Below are positions 1-12,840 of a stretch of 26,968 bases of DNA, piece after piece. A model generated the notes under the pieces. It did no database searches, was not told where the DNA came from, and saw nothing but the letters and a program-made list of their open reading frames with translations. This DNA comes from Bacillota bacterium (GTDB lineage: Bacteria > Bacillota > Sulfobacillia > Thermaerobacterales > Thermaerobacteraceae): assembly GCA_003242195.1 (NCBI GenBank), contig QGUQ01000001.1, positions 1-26,968 of the forward strand. Reading direction: 5' to 3'. A program made the position numbers and the translations under genes. The first letter of the stretch is position 1; every line of letters begins with the position of its first letter.

Positions 1-1
1 G

Positions 2-43
2 GAGCCGGCGGACGTCCTGGCACGCCTCGACGCGCTGAAATGA
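2..43 (+). CDS. 3' end of an upstream CDS (…EPADVLARLDALK*), product unknown
   Basis: Open frame from position 2 to TGA at 41-43 with high GC3, ending 3 nt before the next ATG. Confidence 0.45.
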   Translation, partial: EPADVLARLDALK

Positions 44-46
44 GGG

Positions 47-643
47 ATGCCCGTGGAGCGGCTGTGGCGCTGGGTCGCGTGGGTGGGAGTCGACACGCCC
101 GGCGTGGAGCAGGTGGCGATCTGGGAAAGCCCGCGCGGCTGGCGGGCGGAGTCGCTGTGGACCGGGGTGGTGGATTCGCATCCCGCCCGGGTGGCGTTCA
201 CCGTGGAGCTGACGAAGGAATGGCAAGTACGGCGCCTTGTCGCCAGCACCCACGTCCCATCAGGGGGAAGCAGCTTGTCCCTCGAGCGAACGGCGGCTGG
301 GACGTGGGAGGATGGGAACGGGCCGCGCCAGGATCTCCGGGGTTGCGAGTTCGTGGATATCGCCTGGACCCCCTTTACCAACACCCTGCCCATCCGCCGG
401 CTGGAGCAACTCAAGGCCACGTCGCAGGAGATTACCGTTGTTTACGTATCATTCCCTGATCTCGCCCTGCGGGCGGCGAGGCAAAGGTACACCCGGCTGC
501 CCGGGGGACGATGGCGTTACGAAAGCCTGGAGTCCGGCTACCGCGCCGAGCTCACCGTCAATGCGGACGGCCTCGTGCTGGAGTACCCCGGGCTGTTCCG
601 CCAGGTAGCCCTCTGGCCTTCAGGGGATAGCGCGCCCCCCTGA
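47..643 (+). CDS. Putative glycolipid-binding domain protein
   Basis: Family-typical motifs VDIAWTPFTNTLPIRRL, QRYTRL and YRAELTVNADGLVLEYPGLF, recognised from memory of the family. Confidence 0.72.
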   Translation: MPVERLWRWVAWVGVDTPGVEQVAIWESPRGWRAESLWTGVVDSHPARVAFTVELTKEWQVRRLVASTHVPSGGSSLSLERTAAGTWEDGNGPRQDLRGCEFVDIAWTPFTNTLPIRRLEQLKATSQEITVVYVSFPDLALRAARQRYTRLPGGRWRYESLESGYRAELTVNADGLVLEYPGLFRQVALWPSGDSAPP

Positions 644-647
644 AACA

Positions 648-676
648 GAGGGGGGAGCCGCGGCCGGCCCCCCCTC
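648..676. terminator. GC-rich hairpin between convergent genes, possible terminator
   Basis: GAGGGGGG (648-655) pairs with CCCCCCTC (669-676) between the stops at 643 and 698; U-tract weak. Confidence 0.4.
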
Positions 677-697
677 CGCCCACTTTCCCGGTCTTGG

Positions 698-2308
698 TCA
701 GTAGTCCTCCCGCCAGGCGTGCATCTCCTGCACCTGGCTGAGGTAAGCGGAGACCTCCGCGTCGCGGCGGGCCTCGTCCCAGCCCAGGACCTCGCCCATG
801 GCCGCCGCGGCCTCGGCCGCCACGCCCCGGCCGTTGTCCTCGCTCCAAAGCGCCTCGGGCACCCGGCGCCAGAGCACGTCGCCCAGGGTGCAGGCCATCT
901 CCTCAGCCGCGGCGTAACGGGCCGCCGCCCGCACGCGGGCGGCGCGAGGCCCGGCCTCCAGGTCCCCCGGCCGCAGGTAACCCAGCACCCGCTCGTACTC
1001 ATCGCCAAAGTGCCGGGCCAGCCAGCGCACCTCGTCCACCGGCAGCCCCGTACGCGACGCGGCCGCCTGCAGGTCGGCGTCGGTGGGCGGCCGCTGCCCG
1101 CCCGGCAAGGGCTCCTCGTCCACCGGTGCGCCGGCCGTCTCCGGGAACACCTTGTCGACGATGGCCCGGGCCATGGCCTTGTAGGCGGTCAGCTTGCCGC
1201 CGGCGACGGTGACCAGCCCCGACGGGCTCCAGTAGAGCTCGTAGTCGCGGGAGATGGCGCTGGGGTCGCGGGTGTCGCCGGGATCGATCAGGGGCCGGAG
1301 ACCCGCCCAGGCGCTGATCACGTCGTCGGGGCCCACGCCGGCCGACGGGAAGTTGCGCCGCACCGCCTCCAGGACGTAGCGCACGTCGGCCGCCTCGGGC
1401 CGGGGACGCGCCGGGTCGTCCTGGTAGACGGTGTCCGTCGTGCCCGCGTAGGCGAACCGGTCCCTCGGCACGGCGAACATGATGCGCCCGTCCGGGCCGC
1501 GCATGGTGACGGCCTGGCGGATGGGCAGGCGCTCCCGGGGGAAGGCGATGTGGATGCCCTTGGTGAGCCGCAGGAGCCGCCGCGCGCCGGGGTCGTCCAG
1601 CCGCCGCACGTGGTCCGCCCACGGGCCCGTGGCGTTGAGCACCTTGCGCGCGCGGACCTCGAAGGTGGCCTCGCCGTCCAGGGCGTCCCGCACCCGCACG
1701 CCCGTGACCTGGCCGGACCCGTCCTTGAGGAAGGCCACCACCTCGGCGTGGTTGGCGATGACCGCGCCGGCGGCCACGGCCGACCGGGCCACGGTGGCCG
1801 TCAGGCGGGCGTCGTCGGTGACGGCGTCCACGTACATGCCCGCGCCGACCAGCCCCTCCTGCCGGAGGAGCGGCTCCACCTCCCGCACCTGGTCGGGACG
1901 AAGGGTGCGGTGGCGCAGCGTGCCCAGGTCGCGGCCGGCGTAGCGGTCGTAGAGCCAGAGACCGATGCGCAGCTGCCAGAGCGGGTCGGGATCACCCCGG
2001 TACACGGGAAAGACGAACCACTCGGGCCGCACCAGGTGGGGCGCCAGGCGGAGCAGCCGCATGCGCTCCACGACGGCCTCGCGGACGAGGCGGAAGTCCC
2101 GCTCCTTCAGGTACCGCAGGCCGCCGTGGATCAGCTTGGTCGAGCGGCTGCTGGTACCCGCCGCGAAGTCCCGGGCCTCCACCAATGCCACCCGGAGGCC
2201 GCGGCGGGCCGCCTCCCGCGCCACCCCGCTCCCCGTGATGCCTCCCCCGATGATGAGCAAGTCGAAGGTGCTCCGCTGGAGTTCCGCTAGTGCTGCTTTC
2301 CGGTCCAA
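698..2308 (-). CDS. glpD: FAD-dependent glycerol-3-phosphate dehydrogenase
   Basis: DLLIIGGGITG FAD motif, GTSSRSTKLIHGGLRYL, DDARL, WAGLRPL, GGKLT. Start set at TTG 2308, which has GGGAGG 8 nt upstream; the ORF track start is GTG 2362. Confidence 0.93.
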   Translation of the reverse strand: MDRKAALAELQRSTFDLLIIGGGITGSGVAREAARRGLRVALVEARDFAAGTSSRSTKLIHGGLRYLKERDFRLVREAVVERMRLLRLAPHLVRPEWFVFPVYRGDPDPLWQLRIGLWLYDRYAGRDLGTLRHRTLRPDQVREVEPLLRQEGLVGAGMYVDAVTDDARLTATVARSAVAAGAVIANHAEVVAFLKDGSGQVTGVRVRDALDGEATFEVRARKVLNATGPWADHVRRLDDPGARRLLRLTKGIHIAFPRERLPIRQAVTMRGPDGRIMFAVPRDRFAYAGTTDTVYQDDPARPRPEAADVRYVLEAVRRNFPSAGVGPDDVISAWAGLRPLIDPGDTRDPSAISRDYELYWSPSGLVTVAGGKLTAYKAMARAIVDKVFPETAGAPVDEEPLPGGQRPPTDADLQAAASRTGLPVDEVRWLARHFGDEYERVLGYLRPGDLEAGPRAARVRAAARYAAAEEMACTLGDVLWRRVPEALWSEDNGRGVAAEAAAAMGEVLGWDEARRDAEVSAYLSQVQEMHAWREDY

Positions 2309-2470
2309 CGCGACCGCCTCCCGAGCCTTTCCGCGTCCTTCACCGGTGACCGGGGTGCCCACCAGGGGCTGCGTCTACTGCGATGCCCGGGACCGGCTGC
2401 GCGTGCCAGTGGTGCCCGCAAGGGGCTGCGGCGGCCGGGTGATCCCGGCCGCCGCCCTGCCCGCTCCCGC

Positions 2471-4048
<1,578 letters not shown>

Positions 4049-4495
4049 TTAGCCGGGCACCTTGCGCATCTCCCGGGCCTCCTCGGCCCGCTGGCGGACG
4101 GTCTCCGCCGGTTCGCCCACCGACGCGGCCACCGCGGCCAGCACGGCTCCCTCCACCAGGGGGGCGTCGGCCACTAGCACCCGGCGGCGCCGCTCTTCGT
4201 CCAGAAGCTCCAGGGCGGTGGCGGTGTTGAGGTACGCGCTGCCCAGGTCGACCAGGACCACCGCCGCTTCCGCCGCTTCCAGGGCCCCTTCCAGTACCTC
4301 ATGGATGCGGCCGGCGTCCGTACCCAGGCCACCGTCCTCCGTGCCCCCCACTGCCAGGACGGGGACGGAGGGCCCGGCCATCTGGGCGGCCAGATCCCGG
4401 GCCCCCTCCGCCAGGCTGCGGCTGTGGGAGACGAGAACCACCGCCACTGCCACCTTGCCCGTATCGTTCCCCGCGCGTCCAGCGTGACTCGTCAT
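4049..4495 (-). CDS. dhaM: PEP-dependent dihydroxyacetone kinase phosphotransfer subunit (stand-alone EIIA-Man-like domain)
   Basis: VVLVSHS (phospho-His), GGTEDGGLGTD, DLGSA, DAPLVEGA; lies downstream of dhaKL. Start is ATG 4495 or GTG 4510, which overlaps the dhaL stop. Confidence 0.9.
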   Translation of the reverse strand: MTSHAGRAGNDTGKVAVAVVLVSHSRSLAEGARDLAAQMAGPSVPVLAVGGTEDGGLGTDAGRIHEVLEGALEAAEAAVVLVDLGSAYLNTATALELLDEERRRRVLVADAPLVEGAVLAAVAASVGEPAETVRQRAEEAREMRKVPG

Positions 4496-4506
4496 GGCCA
4501 CTCGCC

Positions 4507-5151
4507 TCACGCGCCTGCCCCGGAGCCGCCGGCCAGGGTCTCGGCGGCGGCCTGGAAGAGCAGGACAGTGCTCAGGGAGCCCGGGTCCCGGTGTCCGCGG
4601 GACCGCTCACTCAGGTAGCTGGCCCGGCCCTTGGTCGCCACCAGGGGGATGGTGCTGTCGGAGCCCTGCCGAGCGGCCTCCAGGGCCGCCCGCAGGGCCT
4701 CCTCCAATCCGGCCCCCTGCCCGAGCCTCTCCTCCAGTGCCGCTACCGCGGGCGCGAAGGCGTCGACCATGGTCTTCTCGCCGGTGGTCGCCTTGCCGCG
4801 TTCCTGGATCCCCGCCAAAGCGGCCCGGAAGAGGGCCGCGACGTCGGCGGGCTCCAGAGACGTCTTGCTGCCGACCGCGGCGGCGGCCCGAAGGAAGGCG
4901 GTGCCATACAGCGGGCCCGACGCCCCGCCTACCTTCGAGATCAGCGCCATGGCCACGGCCTTGAACAGGTCGGCGGGCGTGGCGGTCTCCCCCGGCAGTC
5001 GCTCCAGGGCGGCCTGGAGGCCGCGGTCCATGTTCGTGCCGTGGTCCGCGTCCCCGATGGCCGCGTCCAGGGCAGTCAGCTCGTCCTTGTGCTCGGCGAT
5101 CAGCTCGGCAAATCGGCGGATGAACGCGCGCACCTCGCCCGCTCCGACCAC
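4507..5151 (-). CDS. dhaL: Dihydroxyacetone kinase ADP-binding subunit
   Basis: LTALDAAIGDADHGTNM, GGASGPLYG, GEKTMVDA, ATKGRASYL, DPGS. GTG 5151 is 1 nt after the dhaK stop. Confidence 0.93.
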   Translation of the reverse strand: MVGAGEVRAFIRRFAELIAEHKDELTALDAAIGDADHGTNMDRGLQAALERLPGETATPADLFKAVAMALISKVGGASGPLYGTAFLRAAAAVGSKTSLEPADVAALFRAALAGIQERGKATTGEKTMVDAFAPAVAALEERLGQGAGLEEALRAALEAARQGSDSTIPLVATKGRASYLSERSRGHRDPGSLSTVLLFQAAAETLAGGSGAGA

Positions 5152-5152
5152 G

Positions 5153-6154
<1,002 letters not shown>

Positions 6155-6221
6155 GGTAGGACCTCCTTGTTCCGGCCTGCGGCGAGCGCGTGGGGCCCGC
6201 CCAGGGGGCGGACCCCGTCAC

Positions 6222-6938
6222 TCAGGCACCGAAGAAGACCTGGAACGTCACAGCGCCCAACACACCGCCGATGATGGGACCGACCACGGGGATCCAGGAG
6301 TAGCCCCAGTCGGAGTCACGCTTGCCCGGGATGGGCAACACGGCGTGGGCGATGCGCGGCCCCAGGTCGCGGGCCGGGTTAATGGCATAGCCGGTGGGCC
6401 CGCCCAGCGAGAGGCCGATGCCCCACACCAGGAAGCCGATCAGCAGCGGCGCCAGCCCGGAGGTCAGGTTGTTGCCGGGGTGGGTGATGCCCAGGACGCC
6501 CAGTACGAGGACGGCCGTACCGATGGCCTCCGTCATCAGGTTGGCGCCGGAGCTGCGCACCGCCGGTGCCGTGCAGAACACGCCCAGCTTGAGGTCGGCG
6601 TCGTCAGTGATGGACCAGTGGGGCAGGTAGGTGAGGTAGACCAGCACGGCACCCAGGAAGGCGCCGATCATCTGCGCGATGATGTACGACGGGACCTCCG
6701 ACCACGGGAACTGGCCGATGGCAGCCAGGCCAATGGTCACCGCGGGATTGAGGTGGGCACCGCTGATGTGACCGGTTAGATAGACCCCTACCGCGACGGC
6801 CAGCGCCCACCCCGTGGTGATGACAATCCAGCCGCTGTTCTGCCCCTTGGAGCGGTTGAGCAGGACGTTGGCGACGACGCCGTCGCCCAGGAGTACGAGG
6901 ATCATCGTACCGATGAGTTCGGCCAGGAACGGGCTCAA
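6222..6938 (-). CDS. glpF: Glycerol uptake facilitator (MIP aquaglyceroporin)
   Basis: SGAHLNPAVT and GYAINPARDLGPR NPA boxes. Start set at TTG 6938 (MSPFLAELIGT) with a GGGGGGA RBS. Confidence 0.95.
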   Translation of the reverse strand: MSPFLAELIGTMILVLLGDGVVANVLLNRSKGQNSGWIVITTGWALAVAVGVYLTGHISGAHLNPAVTIGLAAIGQFPWSEVPSYIIAQMIGAFLGAVLVYLTYLPHWSITDDADLKLGVFCTAPAVRSSGANLMTEAIGTAVLVLGVLGITHPGNNLTSGLAPLLIGFLVWGIGLSLGGPTGYAINPARDLGPRIAHAVLPIPGKRDSDWGYSWIPVVGPIIGGVLGAVTFQVFFGA

Positions 6939-7120
6939 AACGATCCCCCCTGCTCGGTATTGGCGGCGGTGCCCTATTGTCTCCCGACCTGCTGCTCTAC
7001 ATCGCACTGCCCCGCGTGGCCGCCCCCGGCTGCTCCCCCGGTGCTCGCAGGCGGCCCCTCTCACCCCCCTGCGCTGCTTCCCGGTCCTGCGTCCCGGCCA
7101 GGAGTTCCCCACCGCCGCCA

Positions 7121-7184
7121 ATTAGAAAGCCCTGCACGAAGCACGAAACCCGCCGCTTCGCGCAGGGCCTTTCTCCAGGTCTCC
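7121..7184 (-). terminator. glpF leader terminator with overlapping candidate GlpP antitermination site
   Basis: Minus-strand RNA AGAAAG-G-CCCUGC-G-CGAAGC [12-nt loop] GCUUCG-U-GCAGGG-CUUUCU AAUU. The single mismatch becomes a G·U pair only on the minus strand. GGAGA-CCU-GGAGA overlaps the 5' arm. Lies between glpP and glpF. Confidence 0.7.
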
Positions 7185-7309
7185 GGCCCGGGACGAGGCG
7201 TACCGCAAAAGCCCGATGTGCTTGTCCCCATTGCTGCTGAGAGAGGTTTTTCGCCGATCCCTGCCCGGGTTCCTGCGTCGGCCGCCCGCGACTCGGACCG
7301 GAGGTGCCG

Positions 7310-7882
7310 TCAAGACACCTCCATTGACCACAGGGCCGGGTTGCTGGCCGAGACGGCCGTGGCACCCGCCGCCAGCGCCCGAAGGGCGTCGTCCGACGTA
7401 CGCACCAGGCCGCCGGCCACCAGCGGGCCCCGGTGCACGCGGCGCAGTTCGGCGAAGACCCAAGCAGGCAGGCAGGCAGGCAACACCTCCACGGCACCCG
7501 GACCCGTGCGCCGGACAACCTGCAGGGCCGTGGCCAGGGCACCGCTGTCCAGAGCGAAGATGCGCAGCACCGTCTCCATGCCCGCGTCAAGGCTATAGCG
7601 GGCCACGGAGCTGCGGGTGGTGATCAGCCCGTCGGGTCCCACGTATCGCGCCAGGAATTCCACGCCAGCCCGGTCGCCGCTGAGACCCTCGATCAGGTCG
7701 TAGTGGACGAACACGGCCTTACCCGCGGCGTGGCATTGCTCCACCACCCGGGGCAAGGAGAGGAGGCTACCGTTGAGGAGAAAGATGGCCGCCGCGGGGG
7801 ACCGCAAGGCCGCATCCAGGTCCTGATCCCGCCGGACCGCCGGGATGATGGGATGGCGTTGGAGAACCTCCTGCCAGGACAC
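7310..7882 (-). CDS. glpP: Glycerol-3-phosphate-responsive antiterminator
   Basis: IIPAVR, FLLNGSL, VFVHYDLIEGL, DGLITTR, RIFALDS, VEVLPA, LVAGGLV, GATAVSASN; 190 aa at the head of the glp cluster. Confidence 0.93.
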   Translation of the reverse strand: MSWQEVLQRHPIIPAVRRDQDLDAALRSPAAAIFLLNGSLLSLPRVVEQCHAAGKAVFVHYDLIEGLSGDRAGVEFLARYVGPDGLITTRSSVARYSLDAGMETVLRIFALDSGALATALQVVRRTGPGAVEVLPACLPAWVFAELRRVHRGPLVAGGLVRTSDDALRALAAGATAVSASNPALWSMEVS

Positions 7883-8050
7883 CGAACCGCCCTACCCTTG
7901 AGGAAATTATTGGATGGCAGCCCGCGCGTGCATTCTTCGCCAGCGACACCGTGACATTGCCTTTTCGTGCCGGAGCGGGCCCATTCCTCCCTGCTCCTCA
8001 CTCAGCCAGTTCCTTCCGGATCGGCGGCCCGGCCCGTGCGTCGCGCACGC

Positions 8051-8076
8051 GGAGGAAGGCCATCCGGCCTTCCTCC
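8051..8076. other. Perfect 11-bp hairpin downstream of phoU
   Basis: GGAGGAAGGCC-ATCC-GGCCTTCCTCC; no U-tract on either strand. Confidence 0.5.
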
Positions 8077-8114
8077 CCACTCCCCGTCACGGCCGCCGGG
8101 CCCGGCAAGGGGGC

Positions 8115-8771
8115 TCAGTCGTTGAGCTCCTTACGCTCGCCCGTAACCAGATAGATCACCCACTCGGCCAGGTTGGTGGCGTGGTCCCCGATGCGCTCCA
8201 GGTGCGAACCGACCATCAGGAGCTGGGTCGCCTGGTCCACGTTACCGGGCTTCTCCCGCATGATCATGAGGAGCTCCCGGAAGATCTGGTTGAAGAGGTG
8301 GTCCAGGTCGTCGTCCCGGTCCACCATGGCCCGCGCCAGTTCCACGTCCCCCTCGACGAAGGCCTTGAGGCCGTCGCGGACCATCTTCTGGGCTATGTCC
8401 GCCATGCGCGGGATGTCCACCAGCGGCTTGACCAACGGCTCGTTGCCGAGGCGCAGGCTCACCTTGGCGATGTCGTACGCGTGGTCGGCCATGCGCTCGA
8501 GGTCGGTGATCACCTTCAGGGTCATGCCGATCTGGCGCAGGTCGCTGGCCATGGGTTGCTGCAGGGCGATCAGGTTCAGGCAGCGCCGCTCGATGTCCAA
8601 CTCCATGCGATCGACCTGTTCTTCCAGCTCGAACACTTGCCGGGCCTTGTCCGGGTCCCGCTCCTTGAGAGACTCCACCGCCAGCCGGATGGCCTCTTCC
8701 ACCAGGGTACCCATGCGCAGCAGGTCCTGGCGCAGGGCGTTCAGCTCGGCATGGTAGGACATGCGTGCCAT
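8115..8771 (-). CDS. phoU: Phosphate transport regulator PhoU
   Basis: EEQVDRME, LQQPMASDLR, DLERMADHA, DDDLD, LERIGDHATNLAEWVIYLVTG. ATG 8771 has a GGGGAGG RBS. Confidence 0.95.
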   Translation of the reverse strand: MARMSYHAELNALRQDLLRMGTLVEEAIRLAVESLKERDPDKARQVFELEEQVDRMELDIERRCLNLIALQQPMASDLRQIGMTLKVITDLERMADHAYDIAKVSLRLGNEPLVKPLVDIPRMADIAQKMVRDGLKAFVEGDVELARAMVDRDDDLDHLFNQIFRELLMIMREKPGNVDQATQLLMVGSHLERIGDHATNLAEWVIYLVTGERKELND

Positions 8772-8818
8772 CGTGGCGTTCCTCCCCCTCCCGCCCGCGG
8801 GCGCCCGGCTGCACCCCA

Positions 8819-9631
8819 TCAGCCGAACCGCCCCGTGATGTAGTCTTCCGTCCGCTTGTCCCGGGGCCGTGTGAAGATCTCCGCCGTCGGCCCGTACTCG
8901 ATCAGCTCGCCGCTCAGGAAGAAGGCCGTGCGGTCGGCCACCCGCGCCGCCTGCTGCATGTTGTGCGTCACGATGACGATGGTGTACTGCTTCTTCAACT
9001 CGGTGATCAGGTCCTCGATGCGGGCGGTCGCCGCCGGGTCCAGGGCCGAGGTGGGCTCGTCCATCAACAGCACCTCGGGTTGCACGGCCAGAGCGCGGGC
9101 GATGCACAATCTCTGCTGCTGGCCGCCCGAGAGGCTGTAGGCCGGCCGGTTCAGGTCATCCTTGACCTCGTCCCACAGGGCCGCCTGGCGGAGGCTGTTC
9201 TCCACGATCTCGTCCAGGCGCCGCCGGTCCCGGATGCCGTGGATCCGCGGCCCGTAGGCCACGTTCTCGTAGATGCTCTTCGGGAACGGGTTGGGCTGCT
9301 GGAACACCATGCCGACCCGGGTGCGCAGTTCCTCCACCTCGATGGCGCCGCTGTAGATGTCCACGTCCCGCAGCCACACCTTGCCCTCGATGCGCACGCC
9401 CTTGATCATGTCGTTCATCCGGTTGAGGGTGCGCAGGAAGGTGGACTTGCCACATCCCGACGGGCCGATCAGCGCCGTGATGGAGCGCTCGGCAATGTCG
9501 ATATTGATGTTCTTCAAAGCATGGAAGTCGCCGTAATAAAGGTTGAGATCGCGGACGCGGATAATGGGATTCTCGATCGCCGGCCGGCACTCCGCCGCGC
9601 CCGATTCGCCCGCCGCCGGCGGTCGCACCAT
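8819..9631 (-). CDS. pstB: Phosphate ABC transporter ATPase
   Basis: GPSGCGKST Walker [56 protein letters not shown]. Start is ATG 9631 (GGAGG RBS); 9643 and 9667 are alternatives. Confidence 0.96.
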   Translation of the reverse strand: MVRPPAAGESGAAECRPAIENPIIRVRDLNLYYGDFHALKNINIDIAERSITALIGPSGCGKSTFLRTLNRMNDMIKGVRIEGKVWLRDVDIYSGAIEVEELRTRVGMVFQQPNPFPKSIYENVAYGPRIHGIRDRRRLDEIVENSLRQAALWDEVKDDLNRPAYSLSGGQQQRLCIARALAVQPEVLLMDEPTSALDPAATARIEDLITELKKQYTIVIVTHNMQQAARVADRTAFFLSGELIEYGPTAEIFTRPRDKRTEDYITGRFG

Positions 9632-9722
9632 GACTCCCTCCATGTTCCCATCGCTTCCTTTCCCCATGTACGAACCCCGGGGCGGCACGTCCCGCCCCGG
9701 ACCGGCCGCCCCGCAGCCATCC

Positions 9723-10699
9723 TCACCAGCGCTGCTGGAACCGGTTGCGCAGGCAGATGGCGACCCCGTTCATCAAGAGGAGGACCGCCAGCAGCACCAG
9801 GATCGCCGCGGCGGCCAGTTCCTTGAAGGCCTGCTTGGGTAGCACGAGCCAGTTATAGATCTGGATGGGCAGGACCGTATACGGGTCGAACAGGCTGCGG
9901 GGGGCGAAGCGCACGTAGGTGACCGCCCCGACGGCGATGAGCGGCGCCGTCTCCCCGATGGCCCGCGATAGGGCCAGGATGGTCCCGGTCATGATCCCCG
10001 GCAGGGCCGCCGGCAGCACGACCCGCCAGATGGTCTGCCAGCGGGTGGCGCCCAGCGCATACGATGCGTACCGCAGGGATGCCGGCACCGCCCGCAGCGC
10101 CTCCTGGGTAGCCACGATCACCACGGGCAGCACCAGCAAGGCCATGGTGAGCACAGCGGTCAGCACCACGGTGCCCAGCTGGAGCCAGCGGACGAACAGG
10201 GCCAGGCCCAGGATGCCGTAGATGATGGAGGGTACGCCCGCCAAATTGTCGATGTTGATCTTGATCAGCCGGGCCCAGCGGCTGTCGGAACCGTATTCCT
10301 CCAGATAGATGCCGGTGGCGACGCCGACGATGAACAGGAGCGGCGCCGCCAGCCCGACCACCCAGAGGCTGCCGATCAGCCCCCCGTAGATGCCCGCGCG
10401 CTCGGGCCGCCGGGAGGCGAAACTGGTCAGGAACTGCCAGTCCAGGTGACGCCAGCCCTCCCGGACGGTGTCCATCAACAGGAGCGCCAGCACGGCCAGG
10501 CCGACGGCCGTGGCCAGGAACGAGAGGCCGTGGAACGCGCGATCCATCAGGCGGCGCCGCCGCAACCGGGCCCTGTCCAGCATGCCCGCCCCGCCCGCCG
10601 CCAGCGTCTGGGGACCGGCCGCCCCGCCCGCCGGGGCGGCATGCGCCGCCGGGACCCGCACGCCACCCCCGGCGATCCCGGTGGGCCGCTTGAGATCGA

Positions 10700-10703
<4 letters not shown>
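9723..10703 (-). CDS. pstA: Phosphate ABC transporter permease PstA
   Basis: [42 protein letters not shown]; ATGA overlap with the pstC stop. Confidence 0.94.
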
Positions 10704-11683
<980 letters not shown>

Positions 11684-11776
11684 TCCCTGTCACTCCTTTC
11701 GCGAAACGCCCGCGTGGCGTTCCGGCCGCCGCCGGACCGCCACGCGCCGCCTCGCGCGGGTGCCTCGTACCCGCAG

Positions 11777-12724
11777 CTACTTCAGCGCCTCCAGCTTGGC
11801 CTTCTGATCCGCCAGCACGTCTTCGCCCGCCGTGACGAACCCAACCTCCGGCGCGATTTCCGGGACGATATCCAGGTAGAAGTCCACGAACGCCTTCACC
11901 TCAGGCCGCGTCTTATAGGCCTCATTGCTGACGTAGATGAAGACCGGCCGGGAGAGAGGCTTGTAGGTGCCGTCGGCGATGGTCTGCTCGCTGGGCACCA
12001 CCGGGCCGTTGCCGCCGTCGATGGGCACCGCCTTGAGCTTGTCCTTGTTCTCGGCGTAGTAGGCGTAGCCGAAGTAGCCCAACGCGTACTTGTCGTTTGC
12101 CACACCCGTCACCAGCTGATTGTCGTCCTCGCTGGCGGTGTAATCCGTACGGCTGGCACCCTCGGAGCCGACGATCGCTGCCGTGAAGTAGTCGAAGGTA
12201 CCCGAATCGGTGCCCGGCCCGTACAGCTTGATGGGCTCATCCGGCCACCCCGGGCGAATGTCGCTCCACGTCTTGACCTTGCTGTTAGGCTCCCAGATTC
12301 TCTTGAGTTCCTCCACGGTCAGGTGGTCGACCCAGTCGTTCTGCGGGTTGATGATGACCGCTACACCGTCCAGCGCCACGATCAGCTCCGTGTAGGCGAT
12401 GCCGTTCTTCTCGGCGCGCGCCTTCTCTTCATCCTCTATGGGCCGCGATGCGCCGGTGATCTGGATCTCTCCGCGGGTGAACTTCTCAAAGCCGCCGCCG
12501 GTGCCCGAGGATCCGACCGTCACGTTGACACCGGGGTTCTCGATCATGAACTCTTCCGCGATAGCCTGGGTGATGGGATAGACGGTGCTGGAACCGTCGA
12601 CACGGATGGTTCCGGTCAGTTTGCCACCCGTGCCCTGAGAGCCGGAGCCGCCTCGCACGCCACAGGCCGCCAGGACCAGCACGGCCGCCGCCACCACCAG
12701 GCTGAGGAGCACCTTCCGTTGCAA
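11777..12724 (-). CDS. pstS: Phosphate-binding lipoprotein PstS
   Basis: LAAC lipobox, IRVDGSSTVYP, GTGGGFEKF, ASRPI, DSGTFDYF, ASEDDN, GYFGYAYY, LSRPVFIY. Start set at TTG 12724 (GGAGG RBS). Confidence 0.94.
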   Translation of the reverse strand: MQRKVLLSLVVAAAVLVLAACGVRGGSGSQGTGGKLTGTIRVDGSSTVYPITQAIAEEFMIENPGVNVTVGSSGTGGGFEKFTRGEIQITGASRPIEDEEKARAEKNGIAYTELIVALDGVAVIINPQNDWVDHLTVEELKRIWEPNSKVKTWSDIRPGWPDEPIKLYGPGTDSGTFDYFTAAIVGSEGASRTDYTASEDDNQLVTGVANDKYALGYFGYAYYAENKDKLKAVPIDGGNGPVVPSEQTIADGTYKPLSRPVFIYVSNEAYKTRPEVKAFVDFYLDIVPEIAPEVGFVTAGEDVLADQKAKLEALK

Positions 12725-12802
12725 ATCCGCAAGCCTCCCCACCGCAACGATGTCCCACACTTCGAGCGTAATGGACAACGGGCGGGGCCATGGTTATGGC
12801 CG

Positions 12803-12840
12803 CGTGAGGGATCGACGAAGGTTATGTGAACGAACGTTAA
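12803..12840 (-). promoter_or_regulatory. Candidate Pho box upstream of pstS
   Basis: Minus-strand hexamers TTAACG (12840), TTCACA (12830), TTCGTC (12819) and CTCACG (12808) at 10-11 nt periodicity, resembling the Bacillus PhoP TT(A/T/C)ACA repeats; the first contains the phoR stop codon. Confidence 0.5.

Noticed and set aside
2428-2455. Second GlpP-controlled terminator before glpD
   Set aside because: No U-tract and no GGAGA motif like the glpF leader.
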